From Candidatus Poribacteria bacterium (lineage in GTDB: Bacteria > Poribacteria > WGA-4E > WGA-3G), in the NCBI GenBank assembly GCA_965197475.1, contig CBDANF010000003.1:3072001-3136000 (forward strand): a stretch of DNA of 64,000 bases, in the 5' to 3' direction. The notes under the pieces were generated by a model. The model did no database searches. It saw nothing but the letters and a program-made list of their open reading frames with translations, and was not told the origin of the DNA. Below, one piece after another: positions 29,858 through 41,700 of the stretch; within the stretch, counting starts at the first letter, position 1, and every line of letters starts with the position of its first letter. The position numbers and the translations under genes are program-made.

Positions 29858-31078
29858 ATGCAATTAGAGATACCGCTGCCTCGCACCATCTTCAGTGTAA
29901 CTGAAATAACTAAGACCTTAACCCGTATAATTGAGCAGCAACCACGCCTTCAAAACGTATGGGTAAAGGGACAGATTTCAAATCTCAGTCGTCCCGCGTC
30001 TGGTCATATCTATTTCACACTTAAAGATGAGAACAGTAATATCAGGGGCGTTTTGTGGCGGAATAGCGCATCCCGACTCCAATTTTTGCCGCGTGACGGT
30101 GACGAGGTGTTAGTGCAAGGACGGATCAGCATCTATGCTGCAGGTAGCGAATATCAGATTGTTGTCAATACTGTAGAACCCCTTGGGATCGGTGCACTGC
30201 AGAGAGCTTTTGAAAAACTGAAACTGAAACTTGCGGATGAGGGACTATTTGATGATCGTCATAAAAAGCCGTTACCCATGTTTCCGAAGAAAATCGGTGT
30301 AATCACCTCTGAAACAGGTGCCGCAATTCAAGATATACACCAACAACTTCAAAAACGCTATCCGTTAGCTGAACTCCTGCTTTACCCGACACTTGTTCAA
30401 GGCGACCGTGCTGCGGCACAAATCGCAAACGCCATCCGTGCAATGAACACAAGAGCTGATATAGATGTATTGATTGTAGGTCGTGGAGGAGGTTCCATTG
30501 AAGACCTATGGGCATTTAATGAAGAAGTTGTAGCGCGTGCGATATTCAGCTCCGAAATTCCTGTTGTTTCTGCTGTTGGACATGAAACAGATTTCACCAT
30601 TTCAGATATGGTTGCGGATCATCGGTCTCCAACACCTTCTGCCGCAGTAGAACACGTTGTCCCTGATAGATTAGAACTATTGGCACAGTTAGATGGCGCG
30701 AAAAATCGTTTGAACGAACTCATGATGCGCCGGCTCACTATGCAACACGCTGAAATAGATGCTTTGGAATCGGGGCTTTCACCAACGAAACGTAAAGAAA
30801 CCATCTATCAGTTGTCCCAAACTATTGACAGACTTGAGGAGGCTTATCAAAAAGCAATAAACGATAAATTAGGCGTGCAGAATAATCGCTTACAGTCCTT
30901 AGCCGCGCGGTTAAATGGACTTAGTCCATTAGCAACCTTAAAGCGGGGATATAGCATTAGTAGACGTTCTTCCGGAGATATTGTAACATCAAGCCATCAG
31001 GTGAATATCGGTGAAAGGCTTGATGTAAAACTCTCACAAGGAAGTCTCGTTTGTACTGTTGACGAACGTTTAGATTAA
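29858..31078 (+). CDS. xseA: Exodeoxyribonuclease VII large subunit
   Basis: SGHIYFTLKD, GRGGGSIEDLW, GHETD, TPSAA and SPLATLKRGY. Confidence 0.97.
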   Translation: MQLEIPLPRTIFSVTEITKTLTRIIEQQPRLQNVWVKGQISNLSRPASGHIYFTLKDENSNIRGVLWRNSASRLQFLPRDGDEVLVQGRISIYAAGSEYQIVVNTVEPLGIGALQRAFEKLKLKLADEGLFDDRHKKPLPMFPKKIGVITSETGAAIQDIHQQLQKRYPLAELLLYPTLVQGDRAAAQIANAIRAMNTRADIDVLIVGRGGGSIEDLWAFNEEVVARAIFSSEIPVVSAVGHETDFTISDMVADHRSPTPSAAVEHVVPDRLELLAQLDGAKNRLNELMMRRLTMQHAEIDALESGLSPTKRKETIYQLSQTIDRLEEAYQKAINDKLGVQNNRLQSLAARLNGLSPLATLKRGYSISRRSSGDIVTSSHQVNIGERLDVKLSQGSLVCTVDERLD

Positions 31079-31122
31079 AATATAAGTAACGTGAGTTCAA
31101 AATAAGAAATCAACCTGCAATA

Positions 31123-31170
31123 CTGTCACAAGGTAGCCTTGTTTGCACAGTTGACGAATGTTTAGATTAA
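31123..31170 (+). repeat. Diverged duplicate of the last 48 nt of xseA
   Basis: Copy of 31031-31078 with 7 substitutions, 6 of them synonymous. Confidence 0.85.
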
Positions 31171-31216
31171 AAGATTGACGAAAATTATATGATGTTGTTA
31201 GGTAAGGAGAAACCGT

Positions 31217-31447
31217 TTGACTTTTGAAGAAAAACTTGAAAGACTAAAAGAGATTGTAGAAACGTTGGAGTCACCAGATACGTTGGAATTAGACGCTTCT
31301 CTAACACTCTTTGAGGAAGGGGTTGGTTTAGTCCGTTCGTGTAGGAAACTCCTTGAATCTGCAGAGGTGAGAGTGCAAAACGTGTCCCAAGAAGATATCA
31401 ATGATATCGGATCAGAATCTATACGCGAAAATGAAAACGGAGAATAG
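31217..31447 (+). CDS. xseB: Exodeoxyribonuclease VII small subunit
   Basis: TFEEKLERLKEIVETLE..L..SL.LFEEGV.L...C..LL..AE, with an AAGGAG RBS. Confidence 0.95.
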   Translation: MTFEEKLERLKEIVETLESPDTLELDASLTLFEEGVGLVRSCRKLLESAEVRVQNVSQEDINDIGSESIRENENGE

Positions 31448-31449
31448 GG

Positions 31450-33309
31450 ATGGTTTTGGAAAAAATTAAGTCACCAGCAGACCTAAAAACGTTAAATATA
31501 GACGAACTCAATACTCTCGCTGACGAAATGCGTGCCTATCTATTGGCAGTGCTATCCAATCATCCCGGTCACTTCGCACCGAACTTTGGTACAGTAGAAT
31601 TAGCGATCGCAGCGCACACCGTTTTCGACACACCACGCGATAAACTGATATGGGATATTGGTCACCAAGCCTATCCACATAAACTGCTTACTGGTCGCGT
31701 TGACACCTTTGATACGTTGCGGCAAACCGATGGAATCAGTGGCTTTTTAAGTCGTGAAGAAAGTAAGTACGATGTCTTTGGGGCAGGACACTCAAGCACC
31801 TCAATTTCCGCTGCGTTAGGTATTGCGGCTGCACGAGATGTTAACAATGATGACTACAAAGTTGTTGCTATCATTGGTGATGGTGGGTTGACAGGGGGAA
31901 TGGCACTTGAAGGGTTAAACGCCGCTGGTGATTTCAAAAAGGACATGATCGTTATTCTAAACGACAATCAGATGTCTATTTCCGCTACTGTCGGGGCATT
32001 CTCAAAACATTTTCACAAATTGATTAGTTCGCGTGGTTACAACCGCCTCCGCTCGGGTGCCAAAGAGTTGGTGAGTTTCATCTCATCCGATGCAAAAGCA
32101 CTCGCGCAGAAAATTGAAGCATCGCTAAAACCTGGCACACTATTTGAGGAATTCGGATTCCGATATTTCGGTCCCCTTGATGGAAATGATTTGGAGTCGT
32201 TAATACCTGTTTTAACAGGGATTCGTCAGTTGTCCGGTCCAATCTTAGTGCATGTAGTTACAAAAAAAGGAAAGGGATATCTTCCAGCTGAAGAAGACCC
32301 GGTTAAGTTCTATAGTGTTAGTGGTCAGTTTGACGTGAAAACAGGTAAATCAATTCGTCCCGCATCCGCAATACCTAAGTACACAGATGTTTTCAGCCGC
32401 ACACTGATTGAAGAGGCAAAACAAGATCCGAGAATTATAGGTGTTACAGCAGCCATGTTAGGTGGAACGGGTTTAGACAAGTTTTCGGACGCATTTCCAG
32501 ACCGATGTTTTGACCTCGGATTGGCTGAGCAGTGCGCTGTCACCTTTGCTGCAGGACTTGCCACTGAAGGGCTAAAACCGGTCATAGCCATCTATTCAAC
32601 TTTCCTACAACGCGGATACGATCAAGTACTTCACGATGTCTGTATTCAAAATTTGCCTGTTGTCTTTGCTCTTGACCGTGCGGGACTTGTCGGTGCAGAT
32701 GGGCCGACACATCATGGCGTTTTTGACATCGCATACCTACGTTCAATTCCCAATATTGTATCAATGGCACCAAAAGATGAAAATGAATTGCAGCACATGC
32801 TCAAAACGGCATTGACATACGAGATGGGTCCTATTGCGTTGCGTTATCCACGCGGCATCGGCATTGGCGTAAAGTTGGCAACTGAACCTACACCGCTTCC
32901 TATCGGCAAAGCTGAAATCTGTCGCGAAGGTGACGATCTGCTAATTGTAGTACTCGGAAACCGCGTGTACCCAGCACTTGAGGCAGCGCAAACTTTGAGT
33001 GAAACTGGAATAGAAACTACAGTGGTGAATGCTCGCTTTATCAAACCTTTAGATACTACACTGATTGTTGATTTGGCAAAACAGATTGCCAAAATTATTA
33101 CGGTGGAGGATGGTGTATTGATGGGTGGATTCGGCAGTGCTGTGCTTGAAGCACTTGCATCGGAGTCGGTGACAGATGTCCGTGTAACGACACTCGGTGT
33201 GCCAGATCGGTTTATTGAACATGGCGACGTGAAAACATTACAAGATAGGTACGGTTATGATACGCAAGCCATTATCCGTGCTGGAATTGCTTTAGCTGTG
33301 GGGTCGTAG
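31450..33309 (+). CDS. dxs: 1-deoxy-D-xylulose-5-phosphate synthase
   Basis: WDIGHQAYPHK, GAGHSSTSIS, IGDG..N and DRAGLVGADGPTHHG. Confidence 0.98.
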   Translation: MVLEKIKSPADLKTLNIDELNTLADEMRAYLLAVLSNHPGHFAPNFGTVELAIAAHTVFDTPRDKLIWDIGHQAYPHKLLTGRVDTFDTLRQTDGISGFLSREESKYDVFGAGHSSTSISAALGIAAARDVNNDDYKVVAIIGDGGLTGGMALEGLNAAGDFKKDMIVILNDNQMSISATVGAFSKHFHKLISSRGYNRLRSGAKELVSFISSDAKALAQKIEASLKPGTLFEEFGFRYFGPLDGNDLESLIPVLTGIRQLSGPILVHVVTKKGKGYLPAEEDPVKFYSVSGQFDVKTGKSIRPASAIPKYTDVFSRTLIEEAKQDPRIIGVTAAMLGGTGLDKFSDAFPDRCFDLGLAEQCAVTFAAGLATEGLKPVIAIYSTFLQRGYDQVLHDVCIQNLPVVFALDRAGLVGADGPTHHGVFDIAYLRSIPNIVSMAPKDENELQHMLKTALTYEMGPIALRYPRGIGIGVKLATEPTPLPIGKAEICREGDDLLIVVLGNRVYPALEAAQTLSETGIETTVVNARFIKPLDTTLIVDLAKQIAKIITVEDGVLMGGFGSAVLEALASESVTDVRVTTLGVPDRFIEHGDVKTLQDRYGYDTQAIIRAGIALAVGS

Positions 33310-33423
33310 GGCAAAATATGAGGAAAGCGGTATTCAATGGGAATTGAAATATGTAAGTTTTCAAAGACTTGCTTAAGATTGCGATTCTTCTCCTTCTCAT
33401 ATTTCTGTTGTTTCTGTAGCCTG

Positions 33424-33680
33424 TAATACCAAATTAACTTGATTCCAATCTATCGGTGCAGTTAGGAAACCGCACCTTAGGCATCAATTTAGTGGTTTTT
33501 CAAATATGAGAAATGCTCTTCAGTCCCGTAGGGACTAAATATAGGACAATCTCAATCATCATGCCTATTGAGAAGTGTTAATAAAAACTCAGATATTTTC
33601 TTAAATTGACGCATAAGGTGCGGTTAGGAAACCACACCTACCGTCCGGAAAATAGGACAAATCGCGTTAATTGGGTATAA
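33424..33680. mobile_element. Nested MITE/REP structure
   Basis: Outer IR 33424-33444 / 33660-33680 (17/21). REP hairpins at about 33454-33476 and 33616-33641. Inner IR 33477-33492 / 33601-33616 (13/16). Central palindrome agtccc-gta-gggact. Confidence 0.6.
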
Positions 33681-33684
33681 TAAG

Positions 33685-34941
33685 ATGTTTCACTTACTCA
33701 GGTCATTCTCCACGCATTTTGGTGGGATCAGTGTGAACGTATTATCTCAATTCAAGCAGCATAAATGCTTACATCATGCTGCATCGCTTGCGTTTAGTTC
33801 ACTTATCGGTTTTGTGCCTTTATCAGCGGTTGCGCTCTACTTACTTAAAACCTTCGGAGTAGTTGAAAATAAAGAATCTCCGTTGATCGCTGCCTTGGAT
33901 AATTTCTTCCCCCGTTATAGGGCAGACGAAATAGTATCAGGGATATCAGAATTTACCAACAGAAATCTAACGGGACTCGGTGTAGGTGGTTTTCTATTAT
34001 TCCTTGTGGTTTCCGTACTCTTGTTTATGTCTATTGAAGGACATTTCAATGGTATTTGGGGAATCGATCAGCGTTTGCCGTTTGTAAAAGCGTTTCAGAA
34101 ATACTTAGTCTTTTGCATGCTGTTGTTGGTAGGACCGCTTGTAATCTTTTTTATTTTTTCATCTGTTGATAATCGGTTGCTGGCGAACCTATTTCCGTTG
34201 ATTTTAACCTGTTTTTTGTTATTTTTCATGTATATAGCCTTACCAAACGCCACTGTTAACTGGAAGGCTGCACTATTTGGCACGTTTGTGGCAGGGACGC
34301 TTTTCCAAATTGCACGGATCGCATTTAGCAATTACTTTGAATTAGTGTGGCAGGACTATAATGCAGTCTATGGGACGCTGGCAATGTTGGTAATCTTGGC
34401 TATATGGATTTACGTTACATGGATTGTGATTCTATTAGGAGTTGAGGTGACGCACTCAATTCAGTATTCCAATTATAAAAAGGGTTCGTACGGAAAGGCT
34501 ATTGACGAAAACAATAGTTATATCAATGATCTCGGCGTTATAACACTATTTCTCATCGTTGCAGTACACTTTCAGGAAGGTAAGGGAGCATGTTCAGTTT
34601 CAGATGTTGCTGCAACTGCAAGAGTTTCTGAATCATTAGTCCATAAAATTTTTAATCGATTTAAAGCAGCAAAGTTCATTTATGAGGTAGAGGGCGATAC
34701 AAAAGGGTATCTTCCGGCCTGCTCGTTAAGCAAGATCACCTTTGACTCGCTTGTAGCAGTTGTAGATGGAGACCTAACATGCCATTTTACTGATGTGTTG
34801 CCGGCATCGCCTAAGTTGATGCAGTTATTTCGAGAAATTCAACAAACTCAAGCTGACATGCTCAAGAATATTACAGTCAGTTCTTTTTTAGATAGTGATA
34901 GTAACAACGAGAGTTCCCATTTAGATGAAGAAATTGATTGA
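33685..34941 (+). CDS. YihY/BrkB-family membrane protein with C-terminal Rrf2-like winged helix
   Basis: AASLAFSSL, FNGIW, YGTLA...WIY.TW...LLG and C-terminal GYLPA....ITF. Confidence 0.88.
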   Translation: MFHLLRSFSTHFGGISVNVLSQFKQHKCLHHAASLAFSSLIGFVPLSAVALYLLKTFGVVENKESPLIAALDNFFPRYRADEIVSGISEFTNRNLTGLGVGGFLLFLVVSVLLFMSIEGHFNGIWGIDQRLPFVKAFQKYLVFCMLLLVGPLVIFFIFSSVDNRLLANLFPLILTCFLLFFMYIALPNATVNWKAALFGTFVAGTLFQIARIAFSNYFELVWQDYNAVYGTLAMLVILAIWIYVTWIVILLGVEVTHSIQYSNYKKGSYGKAIDENNSYINDLGVITLFLIVAVHFQEGKGACSVSDVAATARVSESLVHKIFNRFKAAKFIYEVEGDTKGYLPACSLSKITFDSLVAVVDGDLTCHFTDVLPASPKLMQLFREIQQTQADMLKNITVSSFLDSDSNNESSHLDEEID

Positions 34942-34944
34942 AAG

Positions 34945-35799
34945 ATGGAAAGGTTAGATATAGTCCTTGTTCAGCGAGGTTTGGCTGAAACCCGCCTCCA
35001 AGCGAAGCGGTTGATTTTAGCGGGATCAGTCAAGGTAAACAACAATTCACGGGTTAAGCCAGGCCAACGCGTATCGCAAGATGCTCTGATAGAAGTTGAA
35101 CATCCACCCAAATACGTCAGTCGTGGTGGACTGAAACTTGAAAAAGCACTACAAGATTTTGATATTACCATCGAAAATAAAGTTGCAATTGACGTAGGTG
35201 CTTCCACTGGTGGTTTTACTGACTGTTTGCTTCAACATGGGGCAGATTTCGTTTACGCGGTTGATGTCGGGTATGGACAACTCGCTTGGAAACTTCGCAA
35301 TAATCCGCGTGTGAACGTGCTTGATAAAACCAATATTCGCTACATTGACCAACACTTCTTTTCACACTCACTTGACATAGCAGTGATTGATGTTTCTTTC
35401 ATCTCCTTACGAAAAGTATTGCCTGTAATAATTGAAAGTTTAGGAGTTTCGGATGTTATTGCACTCATCAAGCCACAGTTTGAGGCGGGGCGCGATCACG
35501 TCAAAAAAGGCGGTATTGTTGACGACCCAAACGTACATAAGGAAACGTTGGTTAATTTGATTGACTTCGCGCAGGAAAATTTTTCAGCAAAACCTATGGG
35601 GTTAACCTTTTCTCCAATTCATCGAGACATTGGTAATATTGAATATCTACTCTGGTTTCAGAAACCCATTACAGCAACGCAATTGAATTCAGGATTAGAA
35701 ATCCCTCCTACAAAGGAAACAGATTTCGTCAGTGATGTAGTTAACACCGCCCACAACGCTTTTTATGCTAACACGGTAGAAAATACGGAAAAAGAATGA
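34945..35799 (+). CDS. tlyA: TlyA-family rRNA 2'-O-methyltransferase
   Basis: RLDI.LV.RGL, YVSRGGLKL, DVGASTGGFTD, DVSFISL, IKPQFE and GNIEYL. Confidence 0.96.
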   Translation: MERLDIVLVQRGLAETRLQAKRLILAGSVKVNNNSRVKPGQRVSQDALIEVEHPPKYVSRGGLKLEKALQDFDITIENKVAIDVGASTGGFTDCLLQHGADFVYAVDVGYGQLAWKLRNNPRVNVLDKTNIRYIDQHFFSHSLDIAVIDVSFISLRKVLPVIIESLGVSDVIALIKPQFEAGRDHVKKGGIVDDPNVHKETLVNLIDFAQENFSAKPMGLTFSPIHRDIGNIEYLLWFQKPITATQLNSGLEIPPTKETDFVSDVVNTAHNAFYANTVENTEKE

Positions 35800-38700
35800 T
35801 GACAAGACGAAAGATTGTTTTAATTTCAATATCCATAATCATCCTTCTTTTTCTAATCGGTGGATTTCTTTACACCAGTTCAGACTCTTTCTTAAATAAT
35901 GTTATCAAACCTCGCCTTCAACAAGCCTTGGAAAACCAGATTAAAGAGAAATATAAAGTAAGAATCGGCAAATTGGGTGGAAATATCTTCACTGGCGTTG
36001 AAGTAGAGGAATTTGCCCTAAAAGAGAAAGAAACCGAAAAACCGCCTATACTTTCCACTCAGAAGGTCGTCCTAAAATACAATTTTTTTGCGCTGCTACA
36101 ACGCAAATTGCTTGTTACGGCTTTGGAGATCAACTCCCCAGAGATAAACGTGACACGCAGTTCAGATGGACAAGTAGACCTTACAGATGTGCTTCGCGAA
36201 TCTTCGTCTGATTCTGAGTCTAATAATTCCTTTGCATTTGCTGTTTCTAATGTTGAAATCAAAAGAGGTGAGATTCGCCTAACTGATACACAGCAGAACA
36301 TTGAATTAGAACTTCCGAATATTGATGTTACGTTGGATGGTACGCTCCAAAATTGGGATCATACAGGCTCCCTCTCTATTGATAAAGGGAGTTTCAAACT
36401 TAATGGAACAGAGATGCTAATTGAGCGGTTGAATAATATTCAGTTTTATGTGTCAACGACTGAAGGTGATTTGGAAAGACTACAACTGAAATCAGGAAAC
36501 TCTGAAATAGATATACAGGAATTCAATTATAATTGGGATAAAGAAAAATGGGCTTCGGTTGTTAAACTAACAATTGATGCAGCAGATGTTCAAAAGTTTC
36601 TTAGAGATGACACCCAACTTGAAGGTTCATGCGAAGTTCTACTGGACTTAAAGGGAACAAATTCAACGTTAAATGGTAAACTCACAGGTACATCGGACGC
36701 GTTTTCAATCAAGAAAAGCCTTGGCTCAGCAACTGGTAAATCTGAATCTAATACCAGACAAATAGATATTACGAATTTAAACGTTGACACAACTTTGGAA
36801 TTAGGGGAAGTTCCAAAAATAAAGTTAGATGATTTCAGTGCACAGGTCGCAGACGGAAAACTTACGGGAAGTGGCAGTGCGACATTTGATAACACCTCTG
36901 AAGGTAATCTTATCAAAAGACTACAGCACATCGTAAAACAACCTATTACATATAAAAGTAATTGGGAAGTTGAAAATATCCAACTCAGTTCGCTATTGTC
37001 TATGTTCATAGAATTTCCAGCACAGTCACCTCAGATTGAATCTGGAACGTTTACCGGCACGGCAAAGGTAAACGGGAATACGTCAAGGAATTTTCACCTT
37101 GATAGTAGTGTGAAACTTTCAGGGACAAGTCTTCTTGTAAAAGACGAGTCTATACCTTTGAAAGATTCATCTCTGAATTGTAAAATATCTTCAGCACCTG
37201 ATAATGGTTCAAATATCACGGCAAATGGTACCATTGACGATACAACCGTTGACATAAATGGATCTTTAGAAAGTTTTGATGTAACACTCAAAAATGTTGA
37301 TTTTGGTAAACTACTTGAAATTGCCAACACTATTCCATTTAAAGGTATCGGAGATATAACAGCAGAAATAAAAAAAGATGGCACAGTTACCGGACATGCT
37401 GAAGTACCTGAAGCGTTCTATGCACATGATAAGGCAAAACCGATTCCACTTGGAAGTTTAACAGGAGATTTTCGGTTTGTAGATAGAGTTGTTTATTTTC
37501 AAAACACACACTTGACGAAAAAAGGTGAAAACGGAGATACGAACGTTTCCATTGAGGGCAATGTCAGTATAGACGGCAAACTCCCCGCTAATTTTCGCGT
37601 CGTCGCTGAGCCGCTTGTTCTGGACGCTGATTACAACAATCTCCTTTTTCAACAAGCGTACCCCATTGAAGGTAATATGAGAGGTGAACTAAAATTATAC
37701 GGTTCACTCATTGATCATCTTGATGGTGAGGGAAGTTTGGCAGTTGATTCTGGAAAAGCATGGGGCATCAATTTAGATACCGTAACACTTCCGTTAGAAA
37801 TTGACGACTACTCACTTACAATACCTGATTTTAAGATAACGACACGCGGTCAATTAGTTACATTCAATGCACATGTAAAAAGTAATGGAGAATTTGAATT
37901 CAGTCTAAAAAACAATAAAGCCAAGCCGGTTCAATTGGCTGCACTTTCACTGGCTGCAGATATTTCTGATTTTCCACTTGATGGCAAAATGGATGTCAAC
38001 ATTGATTCGTATCAAAAAAAGTCCCAAGACTTGGTATTCCACACTGATTTAACCTTTTCAGACCTTACGTTCGAGGGTAATCCTCTCGGCGATGCCTCTC
38101 TACAGGCCATCCTCAAAAAGCAAAAAGAACTTACCAGTGAACCCGACTACTACAAATTAACTGGAAAAGCACTTGCGGACACGTGTAGCATTGAGGGTAT
38201 AATCAGTAATGCCAAAGATAATCCCTACCAGATTACACTGACGAGTGATAACACCGCTGCCACCCCCATTCTACGCATTTTACATTCTTCGCTTGATGTT
38301 ATTACTGGTACTTTTGATGGCACTGTTGAAGTAAAAGGCACGATTGCAGAATTAACTTCTACAGACCCAGTGAAACCTTCTAAAAAACGCGTTTATCCCT
38401 ACGATGTTGATATTTCTATCAGCAAAACACTACTTCAATACAATTCATTGCACATGATAAATCCGAAGCAAATTCGTTTAAAATTAGAAGACGATATTCT
38501 AACGATTGCCGATAGTTCCTTAAGTGTGAAGGGCAAAAAATCTCCATTTATTCAACTCACTGGCACCATTGATGCAAAGACTGAGGAAATCAACATTTCT
38601 TCCAAACCCGACCAAGACTTAACGCTTGAATCTTTTGGTGCAGCATTAGGACTCCCAATTTCTGGTGCAGCACAATTTGAATTAAAAACAAAAGGAACCT

Positions 38701-41700
38701 TGACCGATCCTATCATTGATCTCAATTGGATGATACCAACGTTAGTTGTAGAAACTGATGTAGGAGATATCGGTATAAGTGATGCAAACGGTGAATTAAC
38801 ATATCAAAATAACACTGTCCTTATCAAACCTTTCTCAATGCAGGTGTTGGATAATTTGGTCGCGGTAGAAGGAAATATCGCAATCAACCCCGATGATTTT
38901 AACAGTTCCAAACTCAACTTTGAACTCAACACTCTCAATCTCAATTTAGCGAAGTTTTCAGATATAATCATGAACAGTATGTCTGTAGAGGTTGCAAAAC
39001 GTCTAACGGTTGAAGATTCTGCTCTAATTGAAGGCAATATCGGGGTATTACTAAATGTGGATGGCACCATCGCTGAACCTGTTATTGATTTAAATGCGAA
39101 TACAACTGATAACCATCCCATAAAGTTTGGTGCGTTTGCTAAACCAATCATACTTGAAAAACTGCATGCGGTAACGACTGTCAGAAAGGAATTGGTACAT
39201 ATTCGCGACTTAGTTGTGGATGGACAGATAGGGTCAGGCAATTTTCATTTAAAAGGTGGCACTTCGTTTTCAACCCAAAATAAAGACGAAATTAAATTTG
39301 ATATGGGTGTGTCAGTTGAAAAACTGGAGGTAGGTGATTTTATCACTTTTTTCCAGCAACGGCAATTTCCCCTAAGTGGTACAGTTAGTGGCACAGCAAA
39401 TTTAGCTGGAACAGGTTTCACCGAGGAACTCATAACAGCAACATGCAAGATAGATGAACTCAATTTACAAGCATATAACTACCAAATTGCGAATACCTTG
39501 CCGATAGACTTCAAATTAAATAACAATAACATTACCACCCTTTTCCCGTTACAGGTCACCTCTCCTAAAATAGAAACCAGTGTTGACGTTAGTCTTGATG
39601 GTCCGCTTGTCTCCCCAAACATATCGCTGGAATGGCAAGGAATACTCACCGATCTGTTAGAGCAGGAGGTTGATTTGCCATTACATTGGCAGGGGAAGGC
39701 GGAATATGCTAACAAATTGTTTACACTAAGTACTGAACTTGCAAATAACGGTGACACGTTAACACTCAAAGGCACGGTTCCGTTCGATCTGTCTTTTACA
39801 GAGATTGATTTATCAGAACGTTTCCTTGATGTACCTATTATGGTTCAACTGAATGGAACAGAACTTCCTCTCAATTTTTTTCCAGGATTTGATAACGTAT
39901 TTTCAGAAGCTGATGGTGTTACGGATATTGATCTGACACTTAAAGGTACGACCCGTTCACCTTATTTGGAAGGGAATGTCTATTTTCACGCTCCGCATCT
40001 CCACCTAAAGAAATTTTATCCGCCTCTCAAAAACGTTGAAGTTCAACTCAAGGCACGCGAGAAGGCTATTGAACTTACAGCGTTTCAATTTGAAATAGAA
40101 GATGGAACGTGTAATCTCCAAGAGGGCGAATTGGAACTTGACGGTTTGACACCGAAGTCATTCTCAGTAAACGGTTTGACCTTAAAGCAATATCCTCTCG
40201 GTTCCACCCTACGTCAGGTAATTCCACAAGATTCCTTAGAGGAAGTGAGCGGTCATGTTACGGTTATACTTACACAATTGAAAATACCATTTGATACTTT
40301 TTTTGAAAACGGAGAGAAAACTCCAATTCCCAAAATACGCGAAGTTATCACCTTTGACAGGCTCAGTCAGAAAGCAGAAGCAGTATTCACCATTAATGAA
40401 TTTTCTCTCGGTTTTACGGTTCTGGATCAAAAATATAAATTTGTAAATCCAGAATTAATTCCGATTTCTCTGACTTCAGGCGAATTCAAAGTTGAGGCAC
40501 TCAAACTTAAAAATACTATTGCAATCCCTGCTACCGTAACACAGGAACCGCTTATTTTCGCTTGTTATGGAAGATGGAACATGCAAGGTAGTATATTTGC
40601 CAATCTGAAACTGGAGAATTTTAATATCTCTGCTCTAAATTCTGTTTTATCAGATGCGAATCTTGATGCATATAAGCTCAACGGAATGTTGTCAACTGAA
40701 ATCAATATCACAAACACTTATGCAGCACCAGAGGTAACAGTAGAGTTTGATGGACATAAACTCACAATTAACCAAGCAAACATCGATAAATTCACAGGCG
40801 AACTCTACTATCGTTCTAAAGATCAGCAGTGGGCAATTCCAGAAAATACTGAGATTCTTAGATTAGGGAACAATCGACTCATCTGTTCAGGGAAGTTTCC
40901 TTATTTCCTTTCCTTTTCAAAACTTCAAGCGAAACCGTTCTCTAAGGATATGGAGGTTAGGATTGACTTGCAATTAGATGAACTTGGGGTATTGCCCTTG
41001 ATTGAACCACTTATTCAATCCGCTAATGGACAAGGAACAATCAAGGCAACTATTACTGGCACACTAAATGCACCACAACTGAAAGGTAAGGGTGAATTTA
41101 ACCAGGTATCCTTAAAATTGGAGGGCTCGCCCGTTTCTTTTGAACAGCTTGATACCTCATTTGCCTTCTCGGATACAGGTTTAGAAATTCAACGGCTACA
41201 AGGCCAATTGAATGATGGTGACTTTTCCGCTAACGGTAAAATTACCTCCGATTGGCTAAAGTTAGACGAAATTGACCTTAAGGCAAGCTTGCAAAATTGC
41301 AACTTTGAGGAGCCAGGGTCGTATCAGATTAACGTAAGTTCTGACAATCTACATCTACATGGCAATATTACAATACCAACTCTCATAGGAGATCTTAATA
41401 TCCATTCTGGACACTACGAACAAAATTGGGAAAACGTTCGAGATTGGTTCAGTGGTAGTACTGTAAGTGATGTGGAACTTGCATTTGACACTCCATTCTT
41501 GCGCAGTCTCCAGCTATATGTTGGCATTGAAATACTAGACAATTTTCACTTTCTTTCATCGTTAGGTGGACCTACCGACATTGAAATTGGTTGTAGTGGC
41601 CGACTCACAGGTACGATTCAAAACCCTATTTTCATAGGTAATGTTTCTCTCCTCAGAGGGATAATTAGCACTGTTACACAAATTTTTGAAATTGTTGAAG

